A stretch of DNA of 64,000 nt from Owenia fusiformis. Its lineage: Eukaryota. Position numbers and translations under genes: made by a program. The DNA is taken from the NCBI GenBank assembly GCA_903813345.2, contig CAIIXF020000001.1:25730001-25794000 (forward strand), written 5' to 3'. Of the stretch, positions 12,472 through 22,640 are shown one piece after another; within the stretch, counting starts at the first letter, position 1, and the number at the start of each line of letters is the position of its first letter. Under the pieces are notes generated by a model. It made no database searches, was not told the origin of the DNA, and was given only the letters and a program-made list of their open reading frames with translations.

Positions 12472-14996
12472 TTAATCACAAGATTTGCAATATCCAAATA
12501 ATTTAGTTCGAGAACCCCTGTGAAAAGATGTCCTTATATAACACGAGCCAGATATGCAGCCCGAATCCGACGAACACACTCCGTTGCACACTGGTGGGAC
12601 GCATTCTGCTAAATGACACCGTCCAGTTGAACAGTCGCTGTCCTCTTTGCATTCTACGCATTTCCCATAGGAGCATTTTTGACTGTCTGGACAGTGGTCG
12701 TCATTGTAACATTGGGCGCACCAGTTGTGAACACCAGCTTTGGAACAAACACTGTCGCCACAGTCCTCGTCTGAGTCGCACTCTTCACATCTGTTGTCGC
12801 TTGTGCACACCTAAAACAGATAAGTGAATGCAGCATGTTTTGCAATGCACCAACTTACTTAATGTATGACAATGGTCGTCATCACATTCACAAACAATGA
12901 TTTAGGCCGCACATTACAGACATGTATACAAAGTCCATGGTATGAAATCTCGAGGACGTCTAATAAAGGAGCTGGTAGCACGCTATAGCGCAGCGATATT
13001 TGACTTAACATTAACATACCTACATATGTTCCCTTATAATTTTTATTATAACCGTTTAATATACTTCCGGTTATTATAACCGTTTAATATTCTTCCAGCT
13101 TTTTAGGCTGAATTATGCCTGCCATTAACAGAGGTAAACAAATTACCAAAAAATAAAATCCCAATTTTTCACAATTTGGAGTACACAATTTGGAGTAGAC
13201 ATGACATGCCCTTGGAATATATGAACATTACAATACCTCTGTAACATTCAATTAGATATAAATCTTACCTATTTGTTATTGTATTACATAGTTTTATAAA
13301 ACATGAAGAATAATTTGTTGTTTGACCCCTTGCGATTATATGGAAAAATTCTGGTAATAAAATGTTTTAAATGGTAAGAAAACTAATATGTTCCCAATCA
13401 TAAATTACCTAAATATTACACACAATTTTGTTGAATCTGCTTGGCTCTTGGCTCATATTTGAAAAATCAAACAAAATCTGAAAAACACACTTGCGTAATT
13501 ACACCAATTAAACACCGACATCTACAGTAAAATTATAGTATATTATTATATTATGATGATCCATTTTTGTTCGTATGCTTAGAATAACGGTCTGTGTCTT
13601 ATAAAATGTATAAAAGTTCGAATCAAAATATTTACGTTTTTTGACCCCTTGTGATGAAAGACAATTTTCGACCCGAAAGCCAGAATTTTTTTTCGGCAAA
13701 TAGTATTTTAAAAGAATCGAGACATATGCACCTCCATAGATATTGCTTTAAATGTTGCTGCGCTATAATGTGCTACGGATCTTTCATATTCGGAAGTCAT
13801 ACCATGGACTAACAGGGTCGCAGTGGGTCTTTAGTCAGGGGGTTCCATCGCTAAATTTTTTTTCGGTTTTCAGTCAGGGAGGTGCGGTCAAATTGATGCA
13901 ACTTCCTTCAATAAATGCAAGAAAAGTTTCAGATAAATACCTTTGTCTCTTGTGTCATATTGGCAATTTCAGAGGACACGAAGACGTATCCAGGAAGATT
14001 TTCATATCAATTCGTAAGTAAATAGAAAAATGCAAGAATACTAAATTCTTATCAGAAACGCATCTGCATTGCATTGTCCAGATCATTTCACGAGTTCACT
14101 AGAAATCTATACGATTTTGGAATTGAATTTGACCGAGTCGATTCTGTGTAAGGAGTATGATCCAAATAAGCACCAACCATTTAATATTAAAATGATACAT
14201 CTACCTGTCCCTTTTGGCAGTGACCGTCCTGTGTACACGTCACACATTCGTTATCAAAGCAGAAGTTTACGCTTTGGTGATCAGCAAATAGTCGACGACG
14301 AAATATACGTTCTCCTTTACTGGGACAGTCAGCATCTACTTTGCAAGATCGGCATATGTTGTTTAAACATATACCACTTTTGCAATGCTGAAATAAGGAT
14401 ATGAATAATATTACATAAATGTCGAAAATAAGTTTTAGAGAGAAAACTAACCTGCACACTTGAGAAATAGCCTAATAATGTCATTAGGTAAGATTTGAAC
14501 TATTTGCGCATTTAAAGTCATGTTAATGGAACATTTATATTATTCATTGTACTCAACACACACCTACCTCACACTTTTTTCATTCAGGGAATATTCCCTA
14601 TACGACACCTACCTCACTCTTCTTGCAATCTGCCCCATCGTATTTAGTATCTTTGCATATTTTGCTTTTGCCACAGTACTCCCCTTTTGAACAATCGTCT
14701 GCATCATTACAACCTTTCTGGAACGTACCTAGACGTCCATCAACACCTTAAATCCGATATACGGAGTCATTCACTTGAAATTGTACATCATATAGTAATC
14801 CAAGCATAACTTTTATTGTTAATCTCGGCAATAACCTTCATCGATAACAACGAGAGGATTTCTTTACCTTTTTAGAAAATCAATTTTATCCATGCGTTTC
14901 TTGACTTGATTGTCTTCATATTTTTTTTAATTTTCACTTACCGGACTCACCTATGAACATGACCAAGGATACCACTATAAATACTTGGGGAATCAT
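12472..14996 (-). CDS. Secreted cysteine-rich repeat protein, paralogue B (about 236 aa)
   Basis: Exons 14996-14942 (alternative ATG at 15002), 14746-14613, 14387-14205, 12810-12472, GT-AG with the same phases as A. Signal peptide MIPQVFIVVSLVMFIGESGVDG; 34 Cys. Confidence 0.85.
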
Positions 14997-15214
14997 TATC
15001 ATGATTGGTAGTTTTCAAAGCTTCAGACACCTAAAGCCAAAAAATGGAATTTCAAGATTCGTTTCAAGCACTATCGACAGTTGGGAAAGGATATATAAGG
15101 GTTATGTACTGGGAGGTTTTGGATACAGGGTTTATCCCAAGGGAAATATGTGTATATACACATATTCCCCGATGGATAAACCCTGTATCCAAAACCGACT
15201 GTGCATAACAGGTG

Positions 15215-15534
15215 TATTCCATACCTACTAAGGTTCTAGGTATATTCTTATATATCAATATTGTCTTATGAAGTTCTGATAAAATATACAACGTTCGTAA
15301 GTTTGAAATACAATCTTTATTTCAATAACACTAAGAGTAACTTTACATGCTTGAAATAAATTGTGGTGAACATTAAACAATATCTTGAGTTTTTATCAAT
15401 TCCAGATTTTTTAGGAGCGGGACCGGTATGGATACAGGCTGTATCCATCCCGCCCCTCTCCTCAGTTACAGATCCCTAGATACAGTATTTATTCCCGCTC
15501 GTTATGTACCTAGAACCTTAGTAGGTATGGAATA
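15215..15534. mobile_element. Short TIR element (MITE) upstream of paralogue B
   Basis: TATTCCATACCTACTAAGGTTCTAGGTA is perfectly inverted against TACCTAGAACCTTAGTAGGTATGGAATA. Confidence 0.7.
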
Positions 15535-16345
15535 CTACTAAAAAGTATATGTTTGACCGTCGTGTATTGTATTCCCATATGTCACATTATAAGTAAGATA
15601 TGAACGTTTTCAAGTCAACGTTATTTTCGTTATCGCCCGGTTGGGTGCAAACAGGCGCACGGGGGCTTTCTTTATATCCCCGAACTCCTTTCGCTGGGAT
15701 AATTAGCCTAGCTGAAACCTCGGTAACGTTCTATAAAAACTCTGGTAAATATTTTTGAAAATTTTAACTTAAAAAATCCGTACTTCAATACAATACAAAG
15801 AATGCTTTAATTTTTAATCGGTGAGAAAACACACTTTTTCGAAGTGAATTTGACTTAAATATTGCATTACACAATACAATTGAATACTTACTCAATATGT
15901 TAAGAATCCTTGTTTCCGTGATTAGTCCAGTACTAGAATAGTATAAAGCGAGCTCATTGGAATTGTATTGTTTTGGCATAGTATAGGCTTTGTTAGCTTT
16001 CTCTTTTTATCGTTATGGGCTATATGTTGCTTACGTAATTAGTTTACCATTATACCGTAGAATTACTATTTATTTATTTAAATTGTGGCAGTCAAACAGA
16101 GTTCGCATGGCGTGAAAAATACATTAAAATGTTTATGATAGCCAGAAGAAAACAGGTGTAAATTGGTGTTTATCTTCACAGGTAGCTAATGCTCGATGTC
16201 GGACGTTATGTCATCATTGGGATAATGGCTAGTAATCATTTCATACATTCCTGATACCTCCAGTCCCTGAACTTATGCATTCATTTACTGCAGTAATAGC
16301 GTATATGTTGTTATACAAATAGTGACTGCCATTGAGGAAAATAGT

Positions 16346-16769
16346 CGAACTCCTATGCAGTGTCTCGGTATAGACACTGCGGCGGGCAGATTATGGAATC
16401 CCCAAAATTTGGGGAAGATAGTCCCCCTTTTTTGTCACAGTTGTACTTGTTTTTCACACAACTTATAAATTATATGTTCTTTTATGTTCACCAATAATTA
16501 TTTTGTCAAAATATTCCAAAATCAAGAGGAAATAAGAGGAAATCCCCGCGGAAGGAATTCTGAGTAAAAGTTGTGTTGATAAAAGTTTACCGCACATGTT
16601 GTTTATTAGTTAATACGCGCAATTCAACCAATGAAATTGTTTAAATTTTACAATCACGCGACCTGAGCATGGGACTAGAACCAATCACGTCAGTTGTTTA
16701 TTACGATGTTACCATGCTTACGGTGAGATACCTGCCCGCCGCAGTGATATATCACTGCACGGGAGTTCG
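16346..16769. mobile_element. Non-autonomous DNA transposon with 9-bp TSD (MULE- or AcademH-type); second copy at 30542-30748
   Basis: Ends CGAACTCC / GGAGTTCG, subterminal hairpins (GCAGTGTCTC..GACACTGC; GCAGTGATATATCACTGC), TSD GAAAATAGT. Confidence 0.8.
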
Positions 16770-16784
16770 GAAAATAGTGCAAAG

Positions 16785-18426
16785 TATCTTTCCGGATGTT
16801 GGCCGAGGGAACATGGTAGTGGACAGGATATTCCCGTGGGGAAAATCTTGTCACTATTTGTTTTATTGTTTTGCCTCTTCTTATTTTTATTTTTCTTCTT
16901 TTTTTACTGATCACGTTTTCTCAACAACTATAAGGTATCTATCTATTCAAGACTAGTATATGACAATTAAGATATAATATCTAGTTGGTGGGAAATGGGG
17001 TCGACTTTTTATTTAGGTCAAAGGTCAAGAACTAGGTCAAATCTTGTGTTTTCACTATTTTACCACTTTTCTCAGTCGTAAGTTCAATATTTTTTCTCGG
17101 TCTTTTTTCATCATGTTAGAAACAAAGCTAATTCTGAAAGGCAAATCGTTTTTTGATTACCCTTACCGATTTTGATTAATTGCGTCCGAAAAGTAAGTCA
17201 CAACAAAATATTCTCCAAATTCAACATGTGAGCTATGAAATATATTTTCTTAGGAATCCAAATCCAGCTGCAAACAAAATTTCGATCCAACTTCCGGTTC
17301 CGGTTTGGCATTTTGAAAGCTCGAAACTCGCTATTTTGGTGTCCAATGTTAAGTCAATGGAACTGAAAAAATTATGAATTGTAAAAACACGAGATTCAGA
17401 CTAGATGCAGTCAACTTAATAGAAGCCTACACTAGAAGCGGACCTAAAAATTTTGCTTTGCTTCAAAAGTTGGGTACTAAAAACCCTAGGTCAAAATCTA
17501 GAACAAATCTATAGTTTTTCCTTATTTTTGCGATACTGACACTACACTTTAAGATATAGTTCGAAATTTTGTCTGCAGGTAGCGAAGAGTATGCTTATAG
17601 TGTTAGCCTGCTGCCGTCAGAGGGTATTTTGACCCAGTTTTGAGATATGGTGTCTGAAAAGTAGGTCAAAATAAAAAATGCTCCAAATGTAACGTATGAG
17701 TTATGAAATAAGAGGAGAATTTTCTGAATCTGCAAACTAAATTTTGATCCGACTTCTGGTTCGGAAGTTATGGCGCTTTGAAGTTTCAAAAATCGCTATT
17801 TTGGTACATCCCAATGGGACCAAAGAAATTTTTGAATTGTAAAAATACGAAATAAAGACTGAGTACAGCTAAATTTAATGAAAATCCAGAATAGAGCGCG
17901 TCCTCAAAATCGACTTTGTCTCAAAATTTGAAAACTAAGAGGCATCGGTCAAAATCTAGGTCAAATTGATAGTTTTTGCTTATTTCTGTGATTCTGACAC
18001 TACACTTTAATAGCAAAGAGTATCCTTATAATGTTAGCCTTTTGCCGCCAGAAAGTATTTTGACCCGCTTTTGAGATGTGGTGTCCGTAAAGTAGGTCAA
18101 AACAAAACCTTCTCCAAATTGAATGTGTGAGTTATGAAACAAAGGTGGAATTCTCTCAGGAATCCAAATCAGAAATCCAAATTGAAATCAAACTTCCGGT
18201 TCAGATTCTACGCCAATTTGAAATTTTGAAAAAATCAATTTGATGGTATCCCGATAGAATGTCAAGAGTATTGAAGACAATATTGAAAAAAAAATACCTC
18301 TCTATCCTGTCCTATCAATCTGTCCTGTCTGTCTTTCCGTCCATTCGCCTGTCTGTCTGTCAATTAAGAAAATATGTCATCGGGAGTCTGAGAAATTGAA
18401 CTTGTTCAATTTCCAATGTCCAGTTA
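16785..18426 (+). mobile_element. Helentron-associated non-autonomous element (HINE/DINE-1-like), same family as 26782-28272
   Basis: Extensive similarity to 26782-28272 (e.g. TCAAAGGTCAAGAACTAGGTCAAA), internal tandem blocks, CTGT microsatellite, 3' hairpin GAAATTGAAC..GTTCAATTT. The 5' boundary is approximate. Confidence 0.65.
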
Positions 18427-18770
18427 TATATACTCCATATGTACTCTTTAAACAAAAACAACATGAAAAGTCTTTTAATTTCAACTGTTAATGCTTACAG
18501 GTTCTTAAAGGCATTTTGCCATTTAACTCCTATAATCCCAGCTAGCAGGGAAGATAAAAGGTACATGTACTAATGACTGGTCACGTGACCTAACTTCTAG
18601 AATACATAAGGGGTGTATAATATTATAAATAACCGTTGGTAGTACGATTTCAACTAGAATGTGACTTAAGTTTCTGAAATGTGAGTTCCTGCCTGGAATA
18701 TTAGCTTTTGACCTTTACAAGAGAGTAATGGCTCAAATGGCATTGAGATACGAATATGTCGTGAACTTAA

Positions 18771-18910
18771 TGCCTTGGTCACATTTGCTCCGATTTTCAC
18801 TGCGGCGCCCGGCCGATTGAGAATTTTGTTCAGAATTGAATACAATATTGAATAAAACACTCAATCGGCCGGGCGCCGGCCGATGGATTGGAGCATATGT
18901 GACCCAGGCA
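18771..18910. mobile_element. 140-bp palindromic MITE, Harbinger/Tourist-like
   Basis: TGCCTTGGTCACATTTGCTCC...CGGCGCCCGGCCGATTGAG / CTCAATCGGCCGGGCGCCG...GGAGCATATGTGACCCAGGCA; TAA/TTA flanks. Confidence 0.7.
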
Positions 18911-19594
18911 TTAGCTACTTGTAATCAAAACTTTACATAAATAACATTTAGAATGACATGATTGCACCCTATTTATGAGAGCACTAGAACAAGCGTTGTC
19001 CCTTTGACATCCAGAAATATACTTGGACGTGTTTGAAGAACATAAATAAGGGTTATGTACCGTGAGGTTTTGGATTTGGGGTTTATCCACAGGAATGCAT
19101 AATAGGGATAGTAGGGACCGAAGCTTTCTTTTCAATTACCGGAAGTGGGAAGATATGCCCGGGAGCGGGAGATATGGAGGTTATGGATATGGAAACCCCA
19201 AAATCAGGATTCGGGATATATCTTACCAACTCTCCCTAAAACTCTACTGGGCACAGGATAAAGCAGATTTGTAAAAAGTTGTTTTTTCATCAGCGGGTAG
19301 GATATAACTTTAAGATATATAATATCTCCCTATGTCATAATGGCTGTTCGCATGATGGTGCATTTTTGTACCGTTCGCATAATTAAGCAATGGCGACAAA
19401 CGGGATAAACAGATCAGATCTACATTCGGTTCAGGATATTGGGATTATCTCATGGCCAATAAAATATATATATGCCTCGAGATAATCCCAATATCTCGAA
19501 CCAAATGGTGGATAATCTCTATATATCCCTGGTATATCAACCTTTCTATTTGTAACAAATAGTTTCAGTCTAAGTTCAACAATTCTATATCTAG

Positions 19595-21908
19595 TTATTC
19601 CATTTCACAAGGTTCACAATGACCAAATAATCTTGTCCTTGAACCCCTGAAAAAAGATGTCCTTATGTAACACACGCCTGATATACAGCCTGAATTAGAC
19701 GTACACGATCCTTTACACACAGGAGCCTCGCAGCGTGTTGACTGGCAGCGGCCACTAGCACAGTCGATGTCCTCTAGGCATTCTACGCAATGTCCATAGG
19801 AGCATCTTTGACCGTCTTGACAGTGGTCGTCATTGTAACATTGGGCGCACCTATTTTCAGCTCCAGTTTTTGAACAAACGTTATCTTCGCTACAGTCATC
19901 GTCTGAGTCGCACTCTTTACATGTGTTGTCACTCGCACACACCTAAATAAGTATTCATTCACACATTTTCATAAAAATGGTTTCAGTCCTTTCGACCAAT
20001 GTTAACCAATTTGTCATCAACATCTCAAACTATCTCGCGTGGAAAATAAGAGTCTATGTTCTATACCTGTCCAGTTTCGCAATGATCATCCTGTACACAT
20101 GCCACACAGGTGTTTTCTTGGCAATACTTCTTTTGTTCATCGTCTAGTCTGTGCATACGTTTTCCTTTACTTGGACAGTCATCATCTACATTACAAGCCT
20201 TGCATTCACTGTCCAAGCAGATACCACTTAAGCATTGCTGAATCAAACAAAAACGTAAAATATTAGGTAAATATCGTATAAAATACGTATAAAATATACT
20301 ATTGTAACGACCCTTGGGCACGTCCGTCGGGGAGCTGTAGTCGAGCCAGATACTTATGATATATGGAATATTTATATTCGCTAAATCAATTTTCCGTTCT
20401 GTAAAAACATTTATATATTTGTTACAGCGAATTAAGTTTTCAAAATAGCCAATGGATTAAATCCCTTAATACTTTGTGCATTAAATTACATATCTTATTC
20501 ACTAAATGATATATGTTTTGCGTAAACTGTTATGGTATTCCTTAAGAGTAATACATATATGCGTAATACCGAATTTCCATTTGAACCCTTATCGAAATAA
20601 GTTTGTCTATATTTACCAAATTATTTATTTTTCAATAACAAAGTTAATGCTATTTACCGAAAGCTAATTTGCTATTTACCGAATGCAATAATTAAAATTA
20701 AACCAATATTCGATAAGTTTCGTTGTTGTTCGATATTTTGTCACATGACCTCGAGTTTTGCAAAATGGCCGCGCAGCTATTCAACATCGTTTTCATATAT
20801 CACGTGACTGAAAGTTTCGTAAAGTATCGAAAAATAACGAAATTTATCGAATGTGGCATTCGGTATTTACCGAATATAAATAAGTTAAATACCGAATGTA
20901 TAAGTAACAATTGAATTACATGTGCGCTAAGGAAAACAAATTGAATCGCTGCATCACACAAATACATGTATAGATATCAAAAGTAAATGCAAACACAAAG
21001 AACAAGTGAAACTGTTCAGCGAATATAAATTGTATCGATTATTATATTCGATAAAATAAAAAACATTCGATAGATTGGGTGAAGGTTTGGTAAATTGTTT
21101 GTTTTATTTGGTATGTATGGAATATTTTATGTACCGAATAAAGAAGCAGTTTAAACACCATAGATACTAGACTCGAAAAGGAGTATGCTAAATTCAATGC
21201 CCCGTAAGCGAATCGAGCCCACGACCTCCCGCTCTCAGTCAGACGATCTACCCCTGAGCCATAAAGGCTAGCAACTACAGCTGAGACTGTAGTAGCGACT
21301 TTCTATCGAAGGTCATTACACTATACTAATATGCTAACGATATAGTCTGGGCTTGGCAAGATGCTATGTGTACAAGTTACATAGCATGCATGCCACTTCC
21401 CCGATCCCCCGAACCCAACCCTACGGGCCTGCATTTCAAAAATGAGTTTTACCTCTTCCTTTTTACACGTTACACCATCAAACTTCAGTGGGCGACAGAA
21501 ACCTAGCTTGCTGCAATATTGCCCTTTACCACATTCCGTTGTACAAAAGAAAAATAAACTCTTTAACCCAACTTCATTGCTATTACGTCGAATTTGCGAT
21601 CGACGTAAATTCTTTACAATTGTTGATGGTTGAAAGGAAGTTCGTGATCCTTTCCTTAGACCAGCAGCTTGCCTGGGCCTTTTAATAGAGCTGGCATACA
21701 CTGCTCTTTCTTCAGTGGATCGTAAGCACAAAACTGCAACAAATTCAAATGAGAATATTTTTGGAAATGAAATATTACGATACCATTGCAATTTACTTTG
21801 AAGATAATATATATAGTCTGTGTGAAACAACTTAAGAGTGACTAGTGACGTACCAACTGCCGTTAGAGACAAAAGTAGGAAGGCTACCACAAATTGTCGA
21901 AAGCACAT
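19595..21908 (-). CDS. Secreted cysteine-rich repeat protein, paralogue C (about 284 aa) with a basic pro-region
   Basis: Exons 21908-21854, 21733-21453, 20237-20067, 19942-19595, GT-AG with the same phases as A and B. Signal peptide MCFRQFVVAFLLLSLTAVVLC; about 60-aa Arg/Lys-rich segment with KR/RR sites; same Cys framework; ends FFRGSRTRLFGHCEPCEME*. Confidence 0.85.
20303..21320. mobile_element. TG...CA element with 4-bp TSD containing a tRNA-like sequence (solo-LTR/Helenus-like, or Ginger-like)
   Basis: Ends TGTAACGACC / GGTCATTACA; CTAT duplicated at 20299-20302 and 21321-21324; lies in intron 2 of paralogue C. Confidence 0.6.
21199..21268 (-). pseudogene. Degenerate tRNA-like sequence with Pol III A/B boxes
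   Basis: Minus strand GCCTTTATGGCTCAGGGGTAGATCGTCTGACTGAGAGCGGGAGGTCGTGGGCTCGATTCGCTTACGGGGC. A-box TGGCTCAGGGG and B-box-like GGCTCGATTC are present; the stems are partly broken. Confidence 0.65.
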
Positions 21909-22222
21909 GATACACAGAATCACAATTCCCTGGATCTGGAAAAATAATAATTACGTTTAGGGTGTCCCATAAGTAATGGTACGTTTGTTATCAACGGATT
22001 CTTTGATAAGAAAACAATATGAAAACACCAAATAAACATCAAAATGATCGTTCCTGTCCGGATAGATCAGAACAAATTCACTGCAAATGTTTGTCCGATA
22101 AAAATAGTCGGGTGGACAAGTGCATACAATGCATGCATTGATTCAATGGAAGTCACACTTGCCCATCCCGGAGTGAGTGACTATTATAAATGTAAATTTA
22201 AAATAGATCTTTTCAGGTCTTA

Positions 22223-22640
22223 ACTGTCTTTACTCCAATGGTGAAGTGCTAGAACTCTCTAGTGTCTTTATTTCAATGGTAAAGTGCTAAATATATCTAG
22301 TGTCTTTATTCCAATGGTAAAGTGCTAGACCTCTCTAGTGGTCTAGTGTCTTTATTCCAATGGTAAAGTGCTAGACCTCTCTAGTGGTCTAGTGTCTTTA
22401 TTCCAATGCTTAAGTCCTAAACCTCTCTCTATAGTCTTTAATCCAATGATGAAGTGCTAGACCTCTCTCTCGTGTCTTTATTCCAAGGGTGTACTGCTAA
22501 ATCTCTCTTTTGTCTTATTCCAAAGGTGAACCACTTTGACTCTCCAGTGTCTTTACTTCAGTGGTGGATTACTATTCTTCCATGTCTTTATTCCAACGTT
22601 TAACGACGAGCACTTTCCGGTATCTTTATTCCAATTGCGA
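22223..22640. repeat. Degenerate minisatellite, unit about 38 bp
   Basis: Repeated GTCTTTATTCCAATGGTAAAGTGCTAGACCTCTCTAGT, about 10 copies decaying rightwards. Confidence 0.8.

Noticed and set aside
21199-21268. Functional tRNA gene
   Set aside because: The T-arm and anticodon stem pair poorly and the TTC motif is mutated; it sits inside a TSD-flanked element.
21321-21923. 200-aa single-exon ORF
   Set aside because: It is exons 1-2 of paralogue C read through an in-frame 120-nt intron and on into intron 2; GT-AG sites and paralogy support splicing.
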